Assembly (NCBI GenBank): GCA_965238225.1
Contig: OZ250183.1
Coordinates: 1,056,001-1,120,000 of the forward strand
DNA: 64,000 nucleotides
Direction: 5' to 3'
From: Gammaproteobacteria bacterium
Lineage (GTDB): Bacteria > Pseudomonadota > Gammaproteobacteria > Eutrophobiales > Eutrophobiaceae
The notes beneath the pieces are model-generated. The model was not told where the DNA came from and made no database searches. It worked only from the letters and a program-made list of their open reading frames with translations. Made by a program: the position numbers and the translations under genes. Positions 22,939 to 35,790 of the stretch are shown one piece after another. Every line of letters starts with the position of its first letter. Positions within the stretch are counted from its first letter, which is position 1.

Positions 22939-24372
22939 TTAGGAATCATCTTTCAATTTTAAGGCAAGAAAAATAGGCGTTCCTCTTCTGTGAATTAAGA
23001 TAGGGACTGACTTGTCTTTAGATAAATGATTAACCAGACTGTTAAAATGTTTCGCATTTTTCACCTTGACGTTATTAATCAGCAGTATAATGTCACCATT
23101 TCGCACGCCTGCTTTGTAGGCAGATCCTAGTGAAATATGGCTGACAATTACGCCATGATTTTTGATTTCTAATTTTTTTCGTTGATCCTTTGTTAAATCT
23201 TCAACGAGCACATTTAATGGATTTTGTTTTTTACTTTTATGTTTATCTGATGAAGATAATCTAATATTCTCATCAGTAGGTAATTCTGCAATTTTAATCT
23301 TAATATTTCTTCGTTTTCTATTGCGAATAATTGTAACTGGCACAGTTTTACCTGCTTTTATACTACCCACCATTGGCGGAAGGTCGGATGAGGTATTTAT
23401 TTTACCCCCATTAAAATTTACAATAATATCACCAACTAGCATTTTCGATTTTTCAGCGGGGCTGTCTTCTAAAATTTCTGCAACAAGCGCACCATGCGGC
23501 TTTTTCATACCAAAAGATTCAGCTAATTCTCTAGTCACATCCTGTATTAATACACCCAACCAGCCACGTGAAACATAACCTTGTTCTCTTAATTGTTTAT
23601 AGATATCTTTAACAACCTCAATAGGTATCGCAAAAGATATGCCTATATAAGTATTTGTACGAGCAGTATAAATATGGGAATTAACGCCTATGACCTCACC
23701 TTGCAAATTAAATAATGGTCCGCCAGAATTACCAGGATTGATTGCAACGTCTGTTTGGATAAACGGCACATAATTTTCACTTGGCAAATTTCGACCTATT
23801 GCACTTACGATTCCTTGTGTAACAGAGTGATCAAATCCAAAAGGAGAGCCGATAGCCAACACCCATTCACCGACTTTTAACGCAGAAGAATCGCCCAGCT
23901 TTAAAACTGGTAATTTACCAGCTTCAATTTTTAATACAGCAATATCACTGCGTACATCAGTGCCGATAACTTCAGCTATGAATTCTCTCCTGTCATTAAG
24001 GCGCACGATGATTTCATCTGCATCTTTCACAAGGTGGTTATTGGTGATGATGTAACCATCCCTAGATACGATAAAACCAGAACCAAGCGAAGTTCTCTGC
24101 TGATTAGGAGCTGTGCCATCAGGGACTTCTCTAAAAAATTTATTGAATAAATCATAGAATGGGCTATTTTTCGGAATGTCAGGCATATTATATCTTTGAA
24201 TCGACTTATTCTTTTTTAAGGTTGTGCTAATATTGACGACCGCAGCAGAGTTTTTTTCTGCCAGTTCAGAAAAATCTGGTAACGAATATACCTGTGAAGA
24301 TTGGGTAGATAAAACAAAGAAAACAAAAATAAGCCTTACAACGTTTTTAGGAAATAGTATTTTGTGTTCCAT
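22939..24372 (-). CDS. mucD: DegP/DegQ (MucD) periplasmic serine endoprotease
   Basis: GSGF, TNNH, DIAV, INPGNSGGP, two PDZ domains; last gene of the rpoE cluster. Confidence 0.93.
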   Translation of the reverse strand: MEHKILFPKNVVRLIFVFFVLSTQSSQVYSLPDFSELAEKNSAAVVNISTTLKKNKSIQRYNMPDIPKNSPFYDLFNKFFREVPDGTAPNQQRTSLGSGFIVSRDGYIITNNHLVKDADEIIVRLNDRREFIAEVIGTDVRSDIAVLKIEAGKLPVLKLGDSSALKVGEWVLAIGSPFGFDHSVTQGIVSAIGRNLPSENYVPFIQTDVAINPGNSGGPLFNLQGEVIGVNSHIYTARTNTYIGISFAIPIEVVKDIYKQLREQGYVSRGWLGVLIQDVTRELAESFGMKKPHGALVAEILEDSPAEKSKMLVGDIIVNFNGGKINTSSDLPPMVGSIKAGKTVPVTIIRNRKRRNIKIKIAELPTDENIRLSSSDKHKSKKQNPLNVLVEDLTKDQRKKLEIKNHGVIVSHISLGSAYKAGVRNGDIILLINNVKVKNAKHFNSLVNHLSKDKSVPILIHRRGTPIFLALKLKDDS

Positions 24373-24438
24373 AGGCGCTCCATAAAAAAATTTTAGATTA
24401 TTAATGGTACTGATTTTAAATAAAGGAAAATAATAAAA

Positions 24439-25461
24439 TTATTTGTTTGAAACGATAGATTTGGCAAGTAATTTCACAGTATCTTTAGGAACTTCGCCAA
24501 TGGCAGTGATAAGATGGCCATTGCTTATCGTCGAAAATGTGTTCACGCCACCTATACTCGAGAAACCAGTCACAACATCCTCAGACTTATCAAGTTTTTC
24601 GATAAATACTGAAATCATCGCCATATCATCTGAATATATCAGATGCTCAATTGGTGTTTCATTTTTACCAGAACTCTGTTTTTCTTTACTACTCATGGTA
24701 AAGCCATCAGGTGCCCATGTTGCTTTCCATGAGGCATCTCCCTCATGCATTAGAAAATTTTTCGAGGAGTTATCATGCCAAGTATATTCTGTATATCCTG
24801 CACCTGATATTTCAGGCTTTAATAGTTCATCAGAAATTTCTTCAACAATTTTCAATTCTGCAAAAAATAATTTTTCAAGCGCGATACCTTCCCTGTTTTT
24901 TAGTTCAGATTTCAGTAATAACTTTGATTTCAGATCAATCCACAACTGATATCCATAACGGTAATCATCTTTGGGCAAAATATCTACTACCAATGCAGAG
25001 CGGTTAGCAATACGGTCTTGCCCAGCAATTGAAATAGTGTAGTATCCAGAAACCTTGCTCATTTGTTCAGATAATTGACTGATATTAAATTGTCTTGGAC
25101 GACTTTTTTCTACCATAACGGATTCATCATCGGGAAAAATGTAAGTCACAGAGTTTTTATTACGCAAAACTTCATAAGCAAAGCCTGTTAATGAAACAAT
25201 CCTTTCTTGTATTTCGTCTTCATCAACTTTATGGATAATACGCATAGCATCTACTTTTCCCTGATGTTGATAAATAAGAATACCTTCATAGCTCAATTTG
25301 TGATTCGCCTCAGACATTTGTCTAATGAGTTGTTTTACAGGCAATACTTCATCAACGGCAAAAAGCGATTTTGAGGCCAGTATTAAAAACGAGAATAGAA
25401 AACACGACAACAAGATTTTATCAGGTTTTTTTATAAAAAAATCAGCAAGAAATTTTTGCAT
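24439..25461 (-). CDS. rseB: Sigma-E regulatory protein RseB/MucB
   Basis: LSYEG, PKDDYRYGY, WAPDGF, YSDDMAMISVF, IGEVP. Confidence 0.93.
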   Translation of the reverse strand: MQKFLADFFIKKPDKILLSCFLFSFLILASKSLFAVDEVLPVKQLIRQMSEANHKLSYEGILIYQHQGKVDAMRIIHKVDEDEIQERIVSLTGFAYEVLRNKNSVTYIFPDDESVMVEKSRPRQFNISQLSEQMSKVSGYYTISIAGQDRIANRSALVVDILPKDDYRYGYQLWIDLKSKLLLKSELKNREGIALEKLFFAELKIVEEISDELLKPEISGAGYTEYTWHDNSSKNFLMHEGDASWKATWAPDGFTMSSKEKQSSGKNETPIEHLIYSDDMAMISVFIEKLDKSEDVVTGFSSIGGVNTFSTISNGHLITAIGEVPKDTVKLLAKSIVSNK

Positions 25462-25599
25462 GTAAATTTAAGAATCTCACAATAATTGATTAAAACGATA
25501 TTACAGGTAGCGCATATCTTCCCGTTCCACACTCCATTATATCCAACTTCATCAAATTTTTAAGATATATCGTGCGCAAAATTTCTAGAATAAACCCCA

Positions 25600-26187
25600 T
25601 TATCGGCTTGAATCTAAGCCATTAGCAACCATTCTCACGTGCGGTAGCATTCCATTTATGTTTGTATTTGAGCGATACTCGCTATAGTTTATCAAGTATC
25701 GATTTAGGCGCAGATCAAAGTTTCTGGTTTGAGAAAGCTCAACCCTTCCCTTTTTCTGAGCCACTAACTGCCAGTTCGCTATTGAAGAAACCGAAGATAA
25801 CGGGCTTGTAGTAATACTGGGTTGTGCAACAACAGATTGTTCTGTCCTTGGAATTTGTTTGTCTTGTTGAATGTTAAAAATAACGGCCACTGTAACCGAA
25901 GCGGCAATGGCAAATCCCATGACTGGCTTGACAAAATATGAAAATTTCTTTCTTGGAGCAAGTACTGTCGGCTCTAAAGCAATTGCCTGAGTCACATTAT
26001 CTGAAATATCCTTTAGGCGTTTAGGCAAACAACCGCGTAATGAATCACCGATTATATGGTATCGCTCCCAGGTTTTTTTGGCCTTATCGTCTTTCAATAA
26101 ACTATCGACCGCAGACGATATATCATGAGTCAGTTCATTATCTACTAGAGCTGACAATTGCTCACGCTTTTGTTCGTTAGATTTCAT
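25600..26187 (-). CDS. rseA: Anti-sigma-E factor RseA/MucA (full length)
   Basis: EQLSALVDNEL, WERYHIIGDSLR, TM with IAAS, RLNRYL periplasmic part. Confidence 0.95.
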   Translation of the reverse strand: MKSNEQKREQLSALVDNELTHDISSAVDSLLKDDKAKKTWERYHIIGDSLRGCLPKRLKDISDNVTQAIALEPTVLAPRKKFSYFVKPVMGFAIAASVTVAVIFNIQQDKQIPRTEQSVVAQPSITTSPLSSVSSIANWQLVAQKKGRVELSQTRNFDLRLNRYLINYSEYRSNTNINGMLPHVRMVANGLDSSR

Positions 26188-26250
26188 TTTATTTTGTAGT
26201 GTTGCTCAGTATATTAATTAATTTAGAATTTTAACGTTCAATTAATAGTT

Positions 26251-26457
26251 TTAGTTTTTGTCTATCACTAAGCGTGCTCTAAATATACGCTTAGGCAAAC
26301 AACCGCGTAATGAATCACCGATTATATGGTATCGCTCCCAGGTTTTTTTGGCCTTATCGTCTTTCAATAAACTATCGACCGCAGACGATATATCATGAGT
26401 CAGTTCATTATCTACTAGAGCTGACAATTGCTCACGCTTTTGTTCGTTAGATTTCAT
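26251..26457 (-). CDS. Mini-RseA copy 2 (68 aa, soluble anti-sigma domain with RpoE-derived tail)
   Basis: Residues 1-57 match RseA, then IFRARLVIDKN*; upstream region nearly identical to that of rseA. Confidence 0.6.
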   Translation of the reverse strand: MKSNEQKREQLSALVDNELTHDISSAVDSLLKDDKAKKTWERYHIIGDSLRGCLPKRIFRARLVIDKN

Positions 26458-26520
26458 TTTATTTTTTAGTGTTGCTCAGTATATTAATTAATTTAGAATT
26501 TTAATGTTCAATTAATGGTT

Positions 26521-26727
26521 TTAGTTTTTGTCTATCACTAAGCGTGCTCTAAATATACGCTTAGGCAAACAACCGCGTAATGAATCACCGATTATATGGT
26601 ATCGCTCCCAGGTTTTTTTGGCCTTATCGTCTTTCAATAAACTATCGACCGCAGACGATATATCATGAGTCAGTTCATTATCTACTAGAGCTGACAATTG
26701 CTCACGCTTTTGTTCGTTAGATTTCAT
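26521..26727 (-). CDS. Mini-RseA copy 1 (68 aa, identical to copy 2)
   Basis: Sits in the native rseA position, 43 nt after the rpoE stop. Confidence 0.6.
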   Translation of the reverse strand: MKSNEQKREQLSALVDNELTHDISSAVDSLLKDDKAKKTWERYHIIGDSLRGCLPKRIFRARLVIDKN

Positions 26728-26770
26728 TTTATTTTTTAGTGTTGCTCAGTATATTAATTAATTTAGAATT

Positions 26771-27349
26771 TTAATGTTCAATTAATGGTTTTAGTTTTTT
26801 GTCTATCGCTGCGCGCGCTCTAAATATGCGCGATCTTACAGTGCCAATCGGACAGTCCATAGCAGTCGCAATATCTTCATAATTCATCTTTTCTATCTCT
26901 CGTAAGATAATTGCAGTCTTCAGATCTTTAGGTAACGCCTCAATCGATTTGAAGATAGTTTCCTGCACCTCGTCCCTTAATAACAAACGTTCCGGGGTTT
27001 CTTGGGATATTAGAGTGTGATCACCATCTATTTGTTCCATACTATCGATATTATATGCTGATTCGAGGGGGGTTCTGGACTTTGCCGCCAAGTAATTTTT
27101 GGCTGTATTGACCGCAATACGGTACATCCAAGTGTAAAAAGCACTATCACCTCGAAAATTCGACAGCGCTGTATAGGCCTTAATAAAGGCTTCCTGAGCG
27201 ATATCCTGCGCATCACTAGGATTATGGACAAATCTTGAGACTAGATTGATAATGCGCTGCTGGTATTTTAATACCAGAAGATCAAAGGCCTGCTTATCAC
27301 CACTTTGCACTCTTTCCACCAGCTGTTTGTCAGTGATGCTTTCGTTCAT
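26771..27349 (-). CDS. rpoE: ECF sigma factor RpoE (AlgU)
   Basis: AFDLLVLKYQ, FRGDSAFYTWMYRIAVN, CPIGTVRSRIFRAR. Confidence 0.97.
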   Translation of the reverse strand: MNESITDKQLVERVQSGDKQAFDLLVLKYQQRIINLVSRFVHNPSDAQDIAQEAFIKAYTALSNFRGDSAFYTWMYRIAVNTAKNYLAAKSRTPLESAYNIDSMEQIDGDHTLISQETPERLLLRDEVQETIFKSIEALPKDLKTAIILREIEKMNYEDIATAMDCPIGTVRSRIFRARAAIDKKLKPLIEH

Positions 27350-27544
27350 TATTAAGGGAGCCCCCGTCTAGGCAAATACTCTGCTATAATTCTTACTGCA
27401 TTAAGATCCTTGAAATTACGGCTTCTATATTGACCGAAATAAATGGCAGGAACCTGAAACCAGAGCTACCTTGAAATTAGAGTTCAGAAATAAATTTTTC
27501 AGCAATAGCTTACATTCATCCTCGGGCATATTACCTTAAGTTAG

Positions 27545-28141
27545 ATGACGCGCCAATACCAACATGCAATGTGTTTATCTGGATATTAGCCATCAACCGA
27601 AAGATTTTATTATTTCTCACTTTCCAAACATTTATCAAAAATGCCTGTGTTTTGGGTTTGATTTAGCCAAACAAGCTGTTCCAGTGGTTCCTGCGGCACA
27701 TTACACCTGCGGTGGTGTGCTTGTCGATATGTATGGCCGAACAGATATGTCATGCTTGTATGCGGTTGGTGAAGTGACGAACTCAGGATTGCACGGCACT
27801 AATCGTATGGCCAGCAATTCGCTGCTTGAATGTATTGTGTTTGCACATTCTGCTTATAAAGACATACTAAGTCCAGGTTAGCAAAAGCGCATGAGTCTTG
27901 CCAATTACCTGCTTGGAACGAAAGCCAAGTCACGGATTCTGATGAAGAAGTCGTGGTTTCTCATAATTGGGACGAGATCCGTCGCTTCATGTGGGATTAC
28001 GTGGGTATCGTCAGAATAACGAAGCGATTGCGCAAAAAAAGCCGAGGTTTGCACTATTCGCTTGATTATCTTCATCTCAACGATAGTAAGACACCTGCAA
28101 ATACAATACTTACCCCTGCAAAAAATAATGAAAATGGTTGA
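27545..28141 (+). pseudogene. nadB: L-aspartate oxidase remnant with two large internal deletions
   Basis: MTRQYQH start joined to [36 protein letters not shown], then [28 protein letters not shown] joined to SRGLHY; divergent from rpoE as usual. Confidence 0.93.
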
Positions 28142-28303
28142 TACTGTAAGCTTAACAACAAGGCTTAATTATTATTAATTTAATTAATAAACAATTATAT
28201 ATATAATACACTTAATGTTTATTATAGTTTAATCAATCATAAAGCATTTTAACAATAGTCGCACAAGTATTCTATTAGCGCCAAGACTCAACCTTGGTTA
28301 AAC

Positions 28304-31100
<2,797 letters not shown>

Positions 31101-31171
31101 GTTTCTTTAATTGAACTCGTAAAGATATTTATGAGTATCTATTTTTGAAGGTATTCTCTGCGCATTATTCA

Positions 31172-34100
31172 TCAAGCTATCTGTGCCATCTCAATAGCTT
31201 CATCAACATCAACAGAAACCAGACGCGAAACACCAGGTTCATACATAGTTACGCCAAGCAATTGATTCGCAATTTCCATTGTGATCTTATTGTGTGTAAT
31301 AAATATAAATTGAATATTTGTTGACATTTTTGCCACCATATCACTATAGCGCCCAACATTTGCGTCATCTAAAGGTGCATCAACCTCGTCGAGAATGCAA
31401 AAAGGCGCTGGATTAAGCTCAAAAAATGAAAACACCAGCGCTACCGCAGTAAGTGCCTTCTCTCCACCTGACAACAGGTGAATTGTACTGTTACGTTTTC
31501 CGGGAGGTCTCGCCATAATAGTAACGCCCGTCTGCAATAAATCTTCACCAATTAACTCAAGATACGCATGTCCACCACCAAATAATTGAGGGAATCTCTC
31601 TTTAAGTTTAGTGTTGAGTTTATCAAATGTTTCTTTAAATCTTGTTCTTGTTTCTTTATCAATTTTTCGGATTGCATTTTCCAGTATATTCAGAGCTTTA
31701 TCTAAGTCTTCATTTTGACTGTCAAGATAAGTCTTCCGTTCTGATAAATGTGAAAATTCATCAATTGCAGCAAGATTAATTAGTCCTAATCTTTGTATTT
31801 TCCTAGCAAGTCCTTGTAGACGTTCTTTCCAAACATCAATGTCAGCATTTTCTGCCAATTGCTCAAGCACCAAGGCGACTTTATGTCCGTCAGATTCAAG
31901 TTGTTCCTCGACAGTCTGTAGTCGAATGTGTCTTTCTTGGGTCGCTAATCGTGCCTTTGTTAGGAGATCTTGCAATTCCTGCTGTTTTTGACCCTTGATA
32001 CCGCGAATCTCTTCATGCTCTTTTAGAGTTGTTTCAAGCGTCTGAACTGATGTTCTAGAATCCATCAGGCATTTTCCCGCTAATACTTTTTCTTTAAGTT
32101 TTAATTCAAGTTCATTTTTATATTCTTGTGTAGGCTTTTTTTGGTAATTTATAGAATGCTTTATATCTTCAATGCGTTTTTCTAAATGTTCAAGTTGAAT
32201 CTGGTTACGCTTCATTCCCTGCTCTAAAAATGCACGTTGTGAACTTATTGATTCAAGCTGCAGCGCTATATTATGACTCTTGTTATGTGTTGACTTCCAG
32301 CTTTGGCGTGCATTTTCTAATAAAGATTTTCGTTGCTCTTTTAAGTTAATTAAGGTTTCACGTTCATTTTCAATATCCTTATGACTGCCAGAGATACTTG
32401 TCAAATTATTATGAATAGTTTCTATTTCGAATTGATCATCTTTTATTTGTTCTTTCAAAACAATGAGTTCTTTATTAATTTTTTCAGTTCTTATTTCAGC
32501 TTGTTCTTGTTGCACATAACTAGCGGCTAATAACGCACGAAGACCGGACAACTCTTCTTGATTTTTGCGTAGTCCCAGCTGTACATCATTCAATGCTTGC
32601 TCTGTTTCATCATATAAAACTTTACTGTTTTCAATATTCGTTTCAAGTTTCTGCAATTGCTGCTCTGCTATTTTATGCCTAGACTTGAGCTCTTGAATTT
32701 CCTGCTCTCTGGTCAAAGCTCTGTTTTGTTCATTCATGCCTCTGCAGATCCTAGACCAACCACAACCAAGCCATATCCCATCATGGGTAATAACAGATTC
32801 ATTACCTTTTAATTGCTTTCTAATTTTTTTTGCTGCCTCAAGATTTTCTGCAATATAAATACCTTCAAGCAACCCAGATAGTGAGAAAGAAGTATTAATT
32901 TTATCTGATAGGCGAGTGAATACAGTCTGTTCTTCTGATATCTTATCTACTGTTTTTGCAGAAATAATACCCAGATTCCCTTCGCTTAAAGTGGTTAATT
33001 TTTCTGTATATTGTTCATGATTATTAACGATGATGTCTTGTAGATTGTCTTCCATGACAGTTTCAACAATACGCACCCAGTCTGCTTCAACTTCCATTTG
33101 TTGCGCTAATCTTGGATTATTAGCGAGTCCTGTAGACTCAAGCCAATGATTGATTTTTTCCCGATCTTTACCAAAGGAAGATTGCTGTAATGCCTCAAGT
33201 GATGATAAACGACCTTCTAACTGCTGCTGCGTGCGACGTTTGTTATCAGCCTCTTCGTTTAGTGTTTGAGTTTCATTACGTAGAGATAATAATGCTTTAC
33301 GTTTTTCTTCCAGTTGGCGCGTAAAATCAGTTTGTTTTTTCTCTAATGCCTTTGCCGAAGCTTGTTGTTCTTTGATTACTTTACCTATCGCATTTTCATC
33401 AATAGCATCTAACTCCTGCTCTAGTATTTTCTGGTCTTGCTGTGATTCTTCAATACCTTGTTGTAGATATTCTAGTCGCATTTTACTCATCTGTTCTTGG
33501 TTTAAATAATCCGCAGATGTTTCGTTAAAAGTATCCCACTCAGCTTGCCAAGCCTGAATCACCTCTTCAGCTTCATTTAGAGATTCATAAGCTTTGTCGC
33601 TTTCATTCTTGGAGTCTTGTAGCTTTGGTTCCAACGCACTGGCAGTTGCCGCAAGCGCTTCCAGCTTGTCTTTATCTTGTTGTAGATGTTGATTAGCATC
33701 AGCCTTTTCATGTTGAGCATGTTCTGTATCCTGTTCAGCAGACAAAACTCTCTCTTTAGCATGCTGAATTTTTTGTTCGAGCTGAGAAATATTGCCATCA
33801 ACACCATAAAAATTTGATTGCGCAGTATTAAAGACTTCATGAGCTGAACTTAAATCATCACGATATTTCTCTACAGCGCTCTCCAGCTGTCGCAATTCTG
33901 CGTAATTAGCCTCAACGTGGTTTTCTTGAGTAATTACAAGCTGTTCCTCGTTTTGCATATGACTTTTCAGATGCTTCCAGTTGAGCGCCAATAGTTCTGC
34001 CTGAAGTTGGCGCTCTTCTTTTTTGAAGTTCTGATATTTTTCAGCAGCTTTTGCCTGGTGTTGCAGATGATTGAGCTGTTTTTCTAACTCATTACGAATG

Positions 34101-34687
34101 TCTGCAAGCCTACTAATATTTTCCCTAGTGTGCTCTATCCTGTTCTCAGTTTCTCTACGCCTTTCTTTGTATTTGGAGATTCCAGCAGCTTCCTCAATGA
34201 AGGTACGTAATTCATCTGGTTTGGCTTCAACCAAACGGGAAATCATTCCCTGTTCAATAATGGCATAACTTCTAGGACCTAAACCGGTTCCAAGAAAAAT
34301 TTCCTGGATATCCCGACGACGACATCGCGTACCATTAAGGTAATATACTGAGACCGCATCACGATTAATTTGTCTTTTAACAGATATTTCGCTGTAACTG
34401 GCGTATTGGCCACCTGCTTTACCTTCCGAATTATCAAAAAGCAATTCTACGACGGCCTGACCAACAGGATTCCTAGACGTTGAACCATTAAAAATGACAT
34501 CGGTAAGAGAGTTGCCGCGCAGATGTTTTGCGGAGCTTTCCCCCATAACCCACATGACAGCATCAATAATATTGGATTTACCGCAGCCGTTAGGTCCAAC
34601 CACGCCCACTAGATTTCCTGGTATGTTAAGTGTGCTTGGGTCGGCGAAGGATTTGAATCCGGCTAATTTAATTTTGCACAAACGCAT
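31172..34687 (-). CDS. smc: Chromosome segregation protein SMC
   Basis: GFKSF, GPNGCGKSN, long coiled coils, LSGGE, LDEVDAPLD. Confidence 0.98.
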   Translation of the reverse strand: MRLCKIKLAGFKSFADPSTLNIPGNLVGVVGPNGCGKSNIIDAVMWVMGESSAKHLRGNSLTDVIFNGSTSRNPVGQAVVELLFDNSEGKAGGQYASYSEISVKRQINRDAVSVYYLNGTRCRRRDIQEIFLGTGLGPRSYAIIEQGMISRLVEAKPDELRTFIEEAAGISKYKERRRETENRIEHTRENISRLADIRNELEKQLNHLQHQAKAAEKYQNFKKEERQLQAELLALNWKHLKSHMQNEEQLVITQENHVEANYAELRQLESAVEKYRDDLSSAHEVFNTAQSNFYGVDGNISQLEQKIQHAKERVLSAEQDTEHAQHEKADANQHLQQDKDKLEALAATASALEPKLQDSKNESDKAYESLNEAEEVIQAWQAEWDTFNETSADYLNQEQMSKMRLEYLQQGIEESQQDQKILEQELDAIDENAIGKVIKEQQASAKALEKKQTDFTRQLEEKRKALLSLRNETQTLNEEADNKRRTQQQLEGRLSSLEALQQSSFGKDREKINHWLESTGLANNPRLAQQMEVEADWVRIVETVMEDNLQDIIVNNHEQYTEKLTTLSEGNLGIISAKTVDKISEEQTVFTRLSDKINTSFSLSGLLEGIYIAENLEAAKKIRKQLKGNESVITHDGIWLGCGWSRICRGMNEQNRALTREQEIQELKSRHKIAEQQLQKLETNIENSKVLYDETEQALNDVQLGLRKNQEELSGLRALLAASYVQQEQAEIRTEKINKELIVLKEQIKDDQFEIETIHNNLTSISGSHKDIENERETLINLKEQRKSLLENARQSWKSTHNKSHNIALQLESISSQRAFLEQGMKRNQIQLEHLEKRIEDIKHSINYQKKPTQEYKNELELKLKEKVLAGKCLMDSRTSVQTLETTLKEHEEIRGIKGQKQQELQDLLTKARLATQERHIRLQTVEEQLESDGHKVALVLEQLAENADIDVWKERLQGLARKIQRLGLINLAAIDEFSHLSERKTYLDSQNEDLDKALNILENAIRKIDKETRTRFKETFDKLNTKLKERFPQLFGGGHAYLELIGEDLLQTGVTIMARPPGKRNSTIHLLSGGEKALTAVALVFSFFELNPAPFCILDEVDAPLDDANVGRYSDMVAKMSTNIQFIFITHNKITMEIANQLLGVTMYEPGVSRLVSVDVDEAIEMAQIA

Positions 34688-34884
34688 GGGACGTTACAAT
34701 ACAAAGATTAGGCGATACAAACAAGCAAAACAAAAAACTATTATTAACATTAAGTATAATATTTATATATATAATTAATATAGTAATATTACTATTTATT
34801 TAAGCTTTTAATTAACTTATTTCAGCAACTTTTATTAAAATCATGCTATGGTTTGTACGTATTGTTTTTTAAACAACATCAGAC

Positions 34885-35274
34885 ATGAACGCGAGACCTT
34901 CAGGACAATTAGAAACCTTTTCAAACCCATCACCTGAAAGGGATTATACAATTCATATTTCAACTCATGAATTTACTTGTTTATGCCCAAAAACTGGTAA
35001 ACCAGATTTTGCAACATTGGAGCTTGACTACATCCCTAACGCGCTTTGCATCGAACTTAAAGCATTAAAGTGTTATATCTGGTCATACAGAGATAAAGGC
35101 ACTTTTCATGAGGCGGTTACCAACCAGATTTTAGAAGATATTGCCGCAGTAATCTCTCCTAAATTTATGCGAATCACAACAAAATTTAATGTGAGAGGCG
35201 GCTTATACACAAGCGTTGTTGTAGAACAAAAAATGGAGGGTTGGCGCCCAAAAGAAATAATTATTCTGCCTTGA
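34885..35274 (+). CDS. queF: NADPH-dependent preQ0 reductase (short type)
   Basis: [30 protein letters not shown]. Confidence 0.95.
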   Translation: MNARPSGQLETFSNPSPERDYTIHISTHEFTCLCPKTGKPDFATLELDYIPNALCIELKALKCYIWSYRDKGTFHEAVTNQILEDIAAVISPKFMRITTKFNVRGGLYTSVVVEQKMEGWRPKEIIILP

Positions 35275-35790
35275 TGGCCGATTTCTCAGGCTTCAAATAT
35301 GCTTTCTCTGGGATTTAAATTAATCATTCAGCTTGGCATTAGTATCTATTATACTCAGCCCTCTTTTGATCAGCTCACTCTTGTTTGTATCTGTGATTGC
35401 CTATGGCGAGCGCGCGCTATCTGAACTTATTGATGCTTGGAATAATTGTTATGCCTGCCACAGTTGCCAGCGCAAGTAAAATGTGGATGGATAAACCAAA
35501 ACCAAAAAAATTACTTGCAATTCTTGATATATTGTTGTTTATAATCGTTTTAGTCCAAAATGGTTTGGGTAAAAATCATTACCTACATACGAACAAAAGT
35601 CATGGGGTTAATAGCTCTAATTGGCATTAGGAGATATTATCATGGCTGTAGGTCTTGTTACACATACTTGCCGATGTTATCGGCTCATAACAATTCAGTC
35701 TATTTATAAGAAATCTTGGTTGCCTCAAGGTCGTCTTTCTGGTATTTATACGCAAATTACTATTTGTTAAGTGGTTGGAGTAACTAGGCT

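Larger units (their letters stand above)
26021..26831. repeat. Three tandem 270-bp units (rseA 5' end + spacer + rpoE 3' end)
   Basis: TTAGGCAAACAACCGCG recurs at 26021, 26291 and 26561; the rseA-derived part is identical in all three. Confidence 0.97.

Noticed and set aside
27440-27490. Sigma-E autoregulatory promoter upstream of rpoE
   Set aside because: Best match GAACTC-15nt-TCTGG deviates in spacing and sequence; too weak to call
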